Shown: positions 1 to 7,929 of the stretch, one piece after another
How the letters are laid out: each line of letters starts with the position of its first letter
How positions within the stretch are numbered: the first letter of the stretch is position 1
Assembly (NCBI GenBank): GCA_045605345.1
Contig: JAZUPT010000013.1
Location: forward strand, 802 to 64,801
DNA: 64,000 bases
Origin: Candidatus Spyradenecus sp.
GTDB lineage: Bacteria; Verrucomicrobiota; Kiritimatiellia; RFP12; DVOR01
Reading direction: 5' to 3'
Made by a program: the position numbers and the translations under genes
The notes under the pieces: generated by a model
The model's database searches: none
What the model was told of the DNA's origin: nothing
The model's input: the letters and a program-made list of their open reading frames with translations, nothing else

Positions 1-1517
1 ACAAGGCTTATAAGGAGTCGCTGATTAAAAGTATTAATACAGTTCTTAATAAAGATGTGGATGAACATAAAGATGATTTGAGTGGTATAGAATTTCCTGT
101 TATAGGGGTTGAGCTAACAAAGTATGATATATTGGATTCTGTATTGATAAAAAGAATAGAGGAGCAGATTCAAATATGCCAAGATATTATTGCGAAATAT
201 AAAGATTATGTTGATAAAAAGCAGGGTAATATATATACACCGATTACTATATCACGAATGGGGCTTTTGGAGTCTGTTAATTTGTTGAATGGTTTACTAA
301 AACAGTTGGATGACAAGCGAAAAGAATTTAATAATATTGTGGGCAGAAAAACCAAACTTGTTCAGCAACTTTTGTCAATTAATAACTTGATTGCGCATGT
401 GCAAATAGAACAAACGCATAGAGATTACAAAAAGCAAACTTCAGTAAAGAAGAAATTGGAAGATGAAGTTTCTGAAAAACAAAAAGCTTTAGATGTTGCA
501 AAAAAAAGATTAAAAGAATTAGAACAACGGAAAGCTAATACTGGTTTAGCTATTGGAAACATAAATCATTCTTTAGACTATGTGTTTTTTGAGCCGGGAA
601 GATTGTCTATTGAGTTGAAGAATGATAGATATTATTTAAAATCAAAAGGTAATGATGTAAAACCAAAAAATGTATCACAAGGTGAACGAAATATAATTGC
701 GTTATGCTATTTCTTTACTCAGATTCTATCGAATCAGGATGTTTTAAAACTTTATAAAAAAGAAATGTTTGTTGTTATTGATGATCCTGTTTCAAGTTTT
801 GATTTTGAAAATAAGGTAGGAATAATGTCATTTTTACGGCTTCAGATTAGTCGAATTATAAACGGTAATCAAAAAAGTAAGATTTTAATTTTGTCACATG
901 ATCTTGAGACAGTGTTTAATTTACGAAAGGCATTGGATGAGATATGTAAATCCACAAAGGAAATGAAGGATTGTAATTCTACATATACGGCATGGGAGTT
1001 GTGTAATGGACATTTAAATTTACTTTTTAATAAATGTAGTGAGTATAAGAATCTCTTAATAAGAATTTATAATTATGCTTATGGGAATATTACTGCCGGC
1101 AACACTACAATTGGCAATGCGATGCGCCGTGTATTAGAGGCGTTTTCAACATTCAATTATCAAAAAGGAATAGAACAGGTTTCATGTGATAAAAATATTT
1201 TAAAAGTCCTTGGCGAGCATTCTGTTTACTTTGAAAATTTGATGTATCGGTTGGTATTGCATGGCGAGAGTCATTATGAGGAACAAGTTAATAGTATGCA
1301 TGATGGAAACAATTTTTATGAGTTTATTTCAGAGGAAGAAAAGCAAAAGACAGCAAGAAATATTCTATGTTTTATTCATTTGCTCAATCCGTATCATTTG
1401 GTTGCGTATTTGAAAGATGAGAAGGATGCAATATCAAATATACAAAAATGGGTTGCCGCCGTGCCAAAGAATTCGGCGTTTAGTGTTAAGACTATATCGG
1501 AGAAGGAGCTTGAGTGA
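1..1517 (+). CDS. AAA_13-type (PrrC/RloC-like, ABC/SMC-fold) ATPase, 5' end outside the window
   Basis: The frame is open from nt 3 (no stop before the track's GTG at 57) to TGA 1515-1517. A long coiled-coil (KRKEFNN...LKELEQRK) is followed by signature-like SQGERNIIALCYFF, Walker B FVVIDDPVSSFD and ILILSHD. The C-terminal NAMRRVLEAFSTFNY block matches what I recall from Pfam AAA_13 proteins. Walker A is expected upstream of the window. Confidence 0.7.
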   Translation, partial: KAYKESLIKSINTVLNKDVDEHKDDLSGIEFPVIGVELTKYDILDSVLIKRIEEQIQICQDIIAKYKDYVDKKQGNIYTPITISRMGLLESVNLLNGLLKQLDDKRKEFNNIVGRKTKLVQQLLSINNLIAHVQIEQTHRDYKKQTSVKKKLEDEVSEKQKALDVAKKRLKELEQRKANTGLAIGNINHSLDYVFFEPGRLSIELKNDRYYLKSKGNDVKPKNVSQGERNIIALCYFFTQILSNQDVLKLYKKEMFVVIDDPVSSFDFENKVGIMSFLRLQISRIINGNQKSKILILSHDLETVFNLRKALDEICKSTKEMKDCNSTYTAWELCNGHLNLLFNKCSEYKNLLIRIYNYAYGNITAGNTTIGNAMRRVLEAFSTFNYQKGIEQVSCDKNILKVLGEHSVYFENLMYRLVLHGESHYEEQVNSMHDGNNFYEFISEEEKQKTARNILCFIHLLNPYHLVAYLKDEKDAISNIQKWVAAVPKNSAFSVKTISEKELE

Positions 1518-2131
1518 TGAAAACCTATCGAAAGATGGTAAGTTTGTTTGAGAGCGCAAATGCTACATTTTTGGAGCATGACAAGGCGTTGTTTGCCAGC
1601 CAAGTTTCTGAAAGAACTTTATGCGGCGCTTTAATGCTTCACATTCATGACATCATTGCATGCGACAGGAAATTTGCCGGATATCATGCGGATGTTGAAT
1701 ACAATCGAAACAAGGGTGCCATCAAGACTATATGCAAGACCATTAAAGGCCCAGATTTCAAGATTATTCCCATTAACTGTGATTTGATAGTTCATAGCCG
1801 CGGTGAAATCGTGGAGCAGGACAATCTTATCGCAATTGAGATGAAGAAGGCCACTGCGCCCCGCGCAGACAAAGAAAAGGACAGGGAAAGGCTTATTGCC
1901 CTTACAAAGGATTCGTTTGACGATGTCTGGCCCTTTGGCGGAAAGGCTCTTCCCGAATATGTTTGTTGTTACGTTTTGGGTGTTTATTACGAAATAAATT
2001 ACAAGCGAAAATCGATTCTGATTGAATACTACCGCAAGGGACATATGGTCAAGAGTCGAATAGTCGATTTGTGCGCAGCCTGTAGATCTGCCAAACTTGC
2101 TTCTGCTTCAACTGCTGTCCGTGAGATATGA
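1514..2131 (+). CDS. hypothetical protein with PD-(D/E)xK nuclease-like motif spacing
   Basis: The start (GTG 1514 / ATG 1517) overlaps the stop of the ATPase gene (GTGATGA). The translation shows SERTLCGAL (helix Glu), NCDLIVHSRG (Asp at a strand start) and NLIAIEMKK (E-x-K), which is the classical restriction-endonuclease-fold order. Confidence 0.45.
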   Translation: MMKTYRKMVSLFESANATFLEHDKALFASQVSERTLCGALMLHIHDIIACDRKFAGYHADVEYNRNKGAIKTICKTIKGPDFKIIPINCDLIVHSRGEIVEQDNLIAIEMKKATAPRADKEKDRERLIALTKDSFDDVWPFGGKALPEYVCCYVLGVYYEINYKRKSILIEYYRKGHMVKSRIVDLCAACRSAKLASASTAVREI

Positions 2132-2351
2132 AGATATTGAGAACTATATCATGAGTCTTGGCGATGACATCACGCAGACTTCATTGAAGTTCTATACGGC
2201 TTTTCGCAAGAGTTCAAATTTCGTGTGCGCGGAAGTGTTTACCGATCATGTTATCCTGCATCTTAAACTTAATCCAAAGAAGTTCCCGTTTGAGAAAGGG
2301 TTCTCGCGCGATATGACTAAAATCGGACACAGCGGCACAGACAACGTCTAA
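2097..2351 (+). CDS. small DUF5655-like protein or gene remnant
   Basis: 84-codon ORF (alternative ATG at 2151) overlapping the previous ORF by 35 nt. FYTAFRKSSNFVCAEV...LHLKLNP...RDMTKIGHSGTD resembles the DUF5655 pattern (k.yiaf...nFa.i......l.l...rdv...GHwGtGd) as I recall it, but it is short and ends abruptly. Confidence 0.3.
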   Translation: MLLLQLLSVRYEDIENYIMSLGDDITQTSLKFYTAFRKSSNFVCAEVFTDHVILHLKLNPKKFPFEKGFSRDMTKIGHSGTDNV

Positions 2352-2394
2352 TTGTACTTGAAAACCATTTCTGATTTCGAGAAGGAAAAACCAT

Positions 2395-3537
2395 ATGGAA
2401 ACACAACCGACAGAAGATTACATCATTCCAGATGAAGATACTACATTTAGTTTATTGCCTGATGGGAGAGAAGTGACATTTCCGGATTTGGGCGGGTTGC
2501 AAAACCATGTGCAAGAAGAGATTGCAGCATGGACTAATGTGGAAAATACGATTGCGGATAGATATAAAACGGTTTTGAGTAAACTTGAGAATGTTACCAA
2601 AGAAGCAAAAGATGGTCGTATTGAACTAGGCGCATTGTCTGAAGTTAAGAAGCTTTTGCAAGAATGGGCGGTTAATACGAATGGAATTAATTCATGTGTC
2701 GATTCTCATTCGCGGCTTGGACTGTATATTAAAGAATTAAAGGGGCGAAAGTTACAGGGACCTGTGTTTCGAGATTTTTGTTTGTTGGCAATGCTCGTTC
2801 TTGGATATCCGCTTCCTCAAATAAGATTTAATTCCCAAGTGTTTCCATTAGCGATTGAGGCAGCTAAAATTGCTAAATATTTTGCGTGTCCGGAAGATCT
2901 TACAGAGAAGATCAATGATTATAAGAGACGTATAGAAGAATTGACTGATTCAGCAGAAGGAATTAGTAGAGATTATGAACTTCGGAAATCACAGTTTGAA
3001 GAAAAGATAAGTATAGCGGAACATAAAATGGCGGCATTGGAAGATGCCTATTCAAAGAAGTTGCAATTAGAGGGACCTGCTCAACACTGGAAGAATCTTT
3101 CAAGGTTTTATTTGGGTTGGGGTTGGGGATTGTTAACTTTGTCATTAGTGTTAGGTGGTGTTGCAATAGCCGCCTTGATTTGGTTGTTAGTTCAGGCTGA
3201 TACAATAGTGATTTTTAACGAGGATAAGCTCAGTTTGTCGACAATTAGAGCGAGCCTTATTTTGATCGCCGCAACATCAATGGCTGGGTATCTATTGCAT
3301 TTATTTACCAAGTTGGCAATGAGTTGTTTTCATCTTTCGCGGGACTACCGTGAACGCTTTCAATTGACGAATGTGTTTTTGGCACTTTTACGTGATGGGG
3401 ATGTGAAATGCGATGACCAGGTTAAGCAGATAGTTATGCAGGCGCTTTTCAGCCGATCGGATACTGGGCTATTGAAAGGTGAACATTCCTTTAAGATGCC
3501 GGGTGTAGCAGATTTGGTAAGGAAAGAAGAGTCGTAA
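2395..3537 (+). CDS. membrane protein: ~240-aa soluble N-terminal region plus 2-3 C-terminal TM helices, function unknown
   Basis: ATG is preceded by GAAGGAAAAA. Hydrophobic segments GWGWGLLTLSLVLGGVAIAALIWLLV and ASLILIAATSMAGYLLHLF. A coiled-coil-like stretch lies before the TM region. I recognised no enzymatic motif. Confidence 0.5.
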   Translation: METQPTEDYIIPDEDTTFSLLPDGREVTFPDLGGLQNHVQEEIAAWTNVENTIADRYKTVLSKLENVTKEAKDGRIELGALSEVKKLLQEWAVNTNGINSCVDSHSRLGLYIKELKGRKLQGPVFRDFCLLAMLVLGYPLPQIRFNSQVFPLAIEAAKIAKYFACPEDLTEKINDYKRRIEELTDSAEGISRDYELRKSQFEEKISIAEHKMAALEDAYSKKLQLEGPAQHWKNLSRFYLGWGWGLLTLSLVLGGVAIAALIWLLVQADTIVIFNEDKLSLSTIRASLILIAATSMAGYLLHLFTKLAMSCFHLSRDYRERFQLTNVFLALLRDGDVKCDDQVKQIVMQALFSRSDTGLLKGEHSFKMPGVADLVRKEES

Positions 3538-4022
3538 TGGATGAAACAAAGAAAACGTCGGTTATGAAAACGACCTTTAAATTCAAGCCCAAAGCGGGCT
3601 ATGTGTATGTTGTTACAAACGAATGCCTAAAGCTTGTAAAGGCGAAGGGTGTTTTTAGGGGTAAGATGGTTAAGCCTGTGAAGATTGGCAATGCGAAGGA
3701 TTTTACGAGTCGTCTGGGATCACTGAATACGGCGGTCTATGAGAACTTTGATTTTCATTTAGGTATAAAGACTGATGATGTTGTTGGATTGGAAGGCATT
3801 ATCCACACAGCTTTGCAGGATTATAGGATTTACACGAGAGATGGTGATGCGACGGAATTCTTTGCATGTCCCTTGGATGAGGTTGTTGGCAGAATCAAAA
3901 ATCTTATCGTGCGCGGGCACAAGGTGGATGTTGAAGAATACAAAGGCGGCAAGGTGGTCGGGCGTTCGGGCGCAAAGATTCATGCTTTCCATCAAGATTT
4001 ACATTCCATCGGCGTTGAATAA
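3537..4022 (+). CDS. T5orf172 (GIY-YIG superfamily) domain protein
   Basis: The ATG overlaps the previous stop (TAATG). GYVYVVTNE...VKIGNAKDFTSRLGSLNT...LEGIIHTALQDYRI...ATEFFACPLDEVV matches the T5orf172/MUG113 pattern (GyvYv..n...vKIG.t.d...R...l......lE..lH..l...r....EfF). Confidence 0.6.
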   Translation: MDETKKTSVMKTTFKFKPKAGYVYVVTNECLKLVKAKGVFRGKMVKPVKIGNAKDFTSRLGSLNTAVYENFDFHLGIKTDDVVGLEGIIHTALQDYRIYTRDGDATEFFACPLDEVVGRIKNLIVRGHKVDVEEYKGGKVVGRSGAKIHAFHQDLHSIGVE

Positions 4023-4153
4023 TTTTTCGCATTGCGTAGTCAATACGCACTCGTTTTTTGGTATCCTTATTCACGTTAGCATTCCTCTTTTGATTGTTTT
4101 TTTGTTCAACTAAAATCATAGCGGATTTGCTGACTTTTTTCATTTTGGCGCGC

Positions 4154-4169
4154 CGCCCCCCGGGGGGCG
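4154..4169. repeat. perfect 16-bp GC palindrome CGCCCCCCGGGGGGCG at the AT-rich/GC-normal composition boundary
   Basis: Read directly. It sits exactly where the AT-rich left block ends. No T-run follows on either strand, so it is not a canonical intrinsic terminator. Confidence 0.6.
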
Positions 4170-4188
4170 TAAGGTGACAGTTCTTCTT

Positions 4189-4262
4189 CTTTCCTTTCTG
4201 ACATGCCTTCCTCTGAGCGGGTCTCTTTTTAGCCCCGCGGTTATATTGTGCAATATTCCGGG
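4189..4262 (+). promoter_or_regulatory. conserved ~70-nt intergenic motif, copy A (second copy at 58897-58967)
   Basis: CTTTCCTTTCTGACAtgCCTTCCTCTGAGCGG-N14-CCCGCGGTTAtATTGTGcAATATTCcGGG aligns almost base for base with 58897-58967. Both copies lie upstream of + strand genes for exported proteins. Confidence 0.5.
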
Positions 4263-4304
4263 AGGGAGAATGTTGATGAAGTGGTGTTAAGGTTTTAGAG
4301 GGTG

Positions 4305-4313
4305 TGTTATACT
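4305..4313 (+). promoter_or_regulatory. extended -10 promoter element TGTTATACT
   Basis: TGnTATACT lies 41 nt upstream of ATG 4354. The same element recurs upstream of tyrS, leuS, the PP-loop gene and others. Confidence 0.45.
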
Positions 4314-4353
4314 GTATTTATTCGCCATTTTATTAGGTAAGGAGGGGATTTGA

Positions 4354-5289
4354 ATGGTAAAGCTCATGTGCATCGTTTTGGGGGTGTTGTGTTGTTGGTC
4401 TCTTTGGGGGGCGGTGGCGGGTTTGTCTCCGGTGGCGCAACAGCATGCTAAGGTGTTGCAGGCGGCTTTTGAAAAGGGGAACCGTTGGGAGGCAGTATCG
4501 GAGGAGGATTTGCGGGAGTATGTGTTGCCTTTGACGTCTTTGGGGGAGGATGAGGTGGCGTGGTTGCCGGTGTTGCAACCGCTTGCACAGGAGTTTTCTG
4601 CCACGGCGAAGACACCATTAGAGGCGGCGATGTTGATTAATCGTCATCTTTGGAAGCGGATTCAGGTGATTTATTCAACGAAACGTGAGAAGGCAAATCA
4701 GGATCCGTTGCATTCGATTCGGTTGGGCCTTGCTTCGTGTTCGGGGCTTTCTATTCTTTTAGTGGATGCGTGCAGGAGCATTGGTATTCCGGCGCGTGTG
4801 GTGGGATGCGTGTGGAAGTTGAAGCCGGGGAATCACAGTTGGGTAGAGGTGAAGAGCGGTGGTAAGTGGTATCCGCTGGGGGCGTTTGAGGATGTGCCAC
4901 CAGATCAATTGTGGTTTTTGTCAGATGCGGCGGCGGCGGATGGCACAGATCTGCGTTATGCTATCTATGCGGCGCGAGCTACGTCGGATGGGACGCGCTT
5001 TTTTGGTTGGGACGTGCCTGCAGAGAATGTGACGGCGCACTATGTGAAGTCGAAGCCCGCCACCGAGGGATGCCGCATTTTCTACGCGGTGGAACGTCAT
5101 GGTGCGCGTGTAGCGGAACCGTTTAGCGTGAATGGCGTGACTTATTATTCGCCGGGTCCACTTCAGGATATGAATGATTATGCAGAGATTGTTTTGCCCG
5201 CACCGGGTCCTTTTGAGGTGCAGATGCAGGGGAAAGTCTATCGTTACGTGGGGCAGAATAATCAAATTATTGTGGAGCAATTACCATGA
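4354..5289 (+). CDS. transglutaminase-like superfamily protein, exported/lipoprotein-like
   Basis: Strong SD (AAGGAGG) a few nt upstream. N-terminal MVKLMCIVLGVLCCWSLWG. Transglutaminase core pattern LGLASCSGLSILLVDACRSIGIPARVVGC...GNHSWVEV. Confidence 0.7.
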   Translation: MVKLMCIVLGVLCCWSLWGAVAGLSPVAQQHAKVLQAAFEKGNRWEAVSEEDLREYVLPLTSLGEDEVAWLPVLQPLAQEFSATAKTPLEAAMLINRHLWKRIQVIYSTKREKANQDPLHSIRLGLASCSGLSILLVDACRSIGIPARVVGCVWKLKPGNHSWVEVKSGGKWYPLGAFEDVPPDQLWFLSDAAAADGTDLRYAIYAARATSDGTRFFGWDVPAENVTAHYVKSKPATEGCRIFYAVERHGARVAEPFSVNGVTYYSPGPLQDMNDYAEIVLPAPGPFEVQMQGKVYRYVGQNNQIIVEQLP

Positions 5290-6653
5290 GTTCTGCGGAG
5301 AAGAGCAAGTTTGAATTTACGCCGTGGAATGCGACGAAGTTCTTTTTCCCATTGTGTATTCAGGCGGCGAGTCAGTCTTTGACGTATCCGCTCGTGGGGA
5401 TTGTGGTGGCGCATGGTCAGGGTGGCTCTGCGGAGTACGCGGCATTTGCGCAGGGCTTGATGATTATGTTCTTCTTGGGCACGTTAGGGTATGGCCTTGT
5501 GACCACGGGGATGGTCTATGCAAAGAACCGCATTGGTTATCTGCGCTTTGCGCGGGTGAACTTGATGATTCTCTTACTGGAGGTGGCGGTTCAGATTATT
5601 TTGGCTCTACCAGGGGTGGCACCGCTCGTCTTTGGGAAGTTATTGGGACTTCAGGGGGCGCAATTTGAGGTGGCGCGTTGGTCAATGTTGTGGGCGATGC
5701 CTGCGCAAATTGGGTTTATGCTTCGCAATGTGCCGCAGGTGGTGCTCTATAACGAACACGAGACAGGGATTGCAAATGCGGCAACGATTTTACGTATTGT
5801 GATTACGGCGATTGCGGCGCCAATCTTTTATTGGTGTGGGTTGGTCGGATGGCAATGGGGATGCGTCTGCTTGAGTTTCCCAGTTTTGCTTGAAGCGGCA
5901 ACGATGAAGTGGGTGGCACGCCCTTATGTGCAGCGGTTGCCACGTCGCCCCTCCACGGAGGTGCGTGCGAGCACGGGAACCATCTTTCTCTTCAATATTC
6001 CGCTTTCGTTGGGTGGGATGTTCTTAATGTTTGCGATTTTTATGTTGAATGCGATTATCAACCGTGTGCCGCAGGGACCAGAGATGTTGGCCGTGCATTT
6101 GGTGGCGGTGGGATTGATTAATCCATTGTCCTATGGCGCCCTGCGCAATCAGGCGGTGGCGATTGGCTTCCCGCAACGTGATGCTCGCGATCAACGCACG
6201 CTTTGTTTTGCCCTTGTGAGTGGCATCTGCCTCTCACTCTTTCTCTTAGGGGTGCAGATTCCTTTTGTCTCGGAGTGGTATTTTAGCGAGATGCAGAATC
6301 TGAATGCGTGGCAGGTGCCCTTGGCACGGAATGCGCTCTGGGTGGCAATGCTCTTTCCGGTGTTGCAAGCCCTGCGTGGACATGCAGAGGGTTTGGCCGC
6401 CTTTCGCAAACGTCCGAATGCAGTATTGGCGGGGCAGGCGGTTTTCTTTGGTGTTCTGGTGGCGATGTTGTTCATCCTCTTCTGTTTGGAAGTGCCAGGT
6501 TATCTAATGGGAATTTTGTCGTTGTGCGCGGCATCGGCATCGTCTTTTGTTACGATTCGCGTGGGATTGGCATTGGCTCGCTTGGAAGAGACTGAAGATT
6601 TTCCTGGTGCAGAGCGTGTAGCGCGGATACGTTCTTCCGAACGGCGCGTTTGA
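5286..6653 (+). CDS. polytopic membrane protein, MATE/MOP-exporter-like
   Basis: ATGA overlap with the upstream stop. About 12 hydrophobic segments. The N-terminal region (PLCIQAASQSLTYPLVGIVVAHGQGGSAEYAAFAQG) resembles MATE family openings. The assignment is weak. Confidence 0.45.
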   Translation: MSSAEKSKFEFTPWNATKFFFPLCIQAASQSLTYPLVGIVVAHGQGGSAEYAAFAQGLMIMFFLGTLGYGLVTTGMVYAKNRIGYLRFARVNLMILLLEVAVQIILALPGVAPLVFGKLLGLQGAQFEVARWSMLWAMPAQIGFMLRNVPQVVLYNEHETGIANAATILRIVITAIAAPIFYWCGLVGWQWGCVCLSFPVLLEAATMKWVARPYVQRLPRRPSTEVRASTGTIFLFNIPLSLGGMFLMFAIFMLNAIINRVPQGPEMLAVHLVAVGLINPLSYGALRNQAVAIGFPQRDARDQRTLCFALVSGICLSLFLLGVQIPFVSEWYFSEMQNLNAWQVPLARNALWVAMLFPVLQALRGHAEGLAAFRKRPNAVLAGQAVFFGVLVAMLFILFCLEVPGYLMGILSLCAASASSFVTIRVGLALARLEETEDFPGAERVARIRSSERRV

Positions 6654-6679
6654 GTTGAGATGGATTGATGGAGAATAGG

Positions 6680-7921
6680 ATGGTATTACCTGAATTACTT
6701 GCACCTGCGGGTGACCGCGCTTGTTTTCATGCGGCATTAGAACATGGCGCTGATGCGGTTTATATCGGCATTGGCCGCTTCAATATGCGGCGCAGTCAGG
6801 ATGGGTGTTTGCACTTCAATCAGATCCCTGGCATGGTGAAAGCGGCGCACGAAAAAGGTGCCAAACTCTACGTGACGCTCAATACCATTGTCTACCAAGA
6901 GGAACTTGCCGAACTCGATCGGACGATTGCGCTCTTGAAGGCGGCCGAAGTGGATGCGGTGATTGCCTGTGACTGGGCGGTAATTCGCCGTGCAAAGGCG
7001 GCGGGTATCCCTGTGCATATCTCCACGCAGATGTCGGCCTCAAATGTGGAAGCGGTGAAGTTTTTGGCAGAGCAGGGCGCGGAACGCGTGGTGTTGGCGC
7101 GAGAGTGTTCTTTGGAAGATATTGCGATTATTGCCAAAGAGAGCGGTGTGCCGATTGAGGTCTTTGGACATGGTGCGCAGTGTGTAGCCACCAGTGGACG
7201 ATGCTTCCTCTCGCAATTGGCCTATGGGTGCTCCTCTTCGCGCGGTAAATGTCTGCAACCCTGCCGACGCCGTTATCATATCCGCGAAGTCTCTGATGGC
7301 GTGGAGGCGGGTGCTCATGCGGAATTTGAAGTTGGGACCAACTTCATCCTTTCGGCGAAAGATCTCTGCACGTTAGGGATGTTGCCAGAGTTGATTCAGG
7401 CTGGGGTGGCCTCTTTGAAGATTGAGGGGCGTGCGCGTAATCCTGAATACGTGGCGAATGTTGTCAAAGCCTATCGTATGGCCTTGGATGCGATCGCAGA
7501 GGGACGTTATGATGCGGCTTGTCAGGCGGAGTGTATGCGTTTGGTGGAGGCTGTCTATCATCGACCCTTCGCCGAAGGGTTGCTCCGTGGACGCCCAGGT
7601 CAATCGCAATTTACCGATTCGGATGCGAATTACGCCACGGAAAAGAAGCTTTACTTAGGCGTGATTCGGAATTACTATGCACGCCACAATGTGGCAGAAG
7701 TCTTGGTGCATGAGGGCATCTTGAAGCCAGGAATTCGCCTGGCCGTGCATGGTCCGAAGACGGGGGTGGTCGACTTTACGGTTGGGACCTTGCGCCAGGA
7801 TGATGAAACGCCCGCAGAAGTGCATCGTGGCGCGTGGGCAACCTTTGTGGTGCCCGAACGGGTTCGTCCTGGGGATAAGGTCTACTTTGTTGTGCCGGCG
7901 ACCCCCACCGCGCTCCGTTAA
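6680..7921 (+). CDS. peptidase U32 family protein (RlhA/TrhP-type)
   Basis: MVLPELLAPAGD...GADAVYIGIGRFNMR, EVFGHGAQCVATSGRCFLS and RGKCLQPCRRRY are typical U32 blocks. GGAG lies 5-6 nt before ATG 6680; the track's alternative starts are 6665 and 6668. Confidence 0.8.
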   Translation: MVLPELLAPAGDRACFHAALEHGADAVYIGIGRFNMRRSQDGCLHFNQIPGMVKAAHEKGAKLYVTLNTIVYQEELAELDRTIALLKAAEVDAVIACDWAVIRRAKAAGIPVHISTQMSASNVEAVKFLAEQGAERVVLARECSLEDIAIIAKESGVPIEVFGHGAQCVATSGRCFLSQLAYGCSSSRGKCLQPCRRRYHIREVSDGVEAGAHAEFEVGTNFILSAKDLCTLGMLPELIQAGVASLKIEGRARNPEYVANVVKAYRMALDAIAEGRYDAACQAECMRLVEAVYHRPFAEGLLRGRPGQSQFTDSDANYATEKKLYLGVIRNYYARHNVAEVLVHEGILKPGIRLAVHGPKTGVVDFTVGTLRQDDETPAEVHRGAWATFVVPERVRPGDKVYFVVPATPTALR

Positions 7922-7929
7922 TCCATGAA

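Noticed and set aside
3904-4143. 79-codon minus-strand ORF starting at the island boundary
   Set aside because: It overlaps the 3' 119 nt of the well-supported T5orf172 gene, has no SD, and its C-terminal half is an antisense read of that gene. It could be a remnant, but I cannot support it as a gene.
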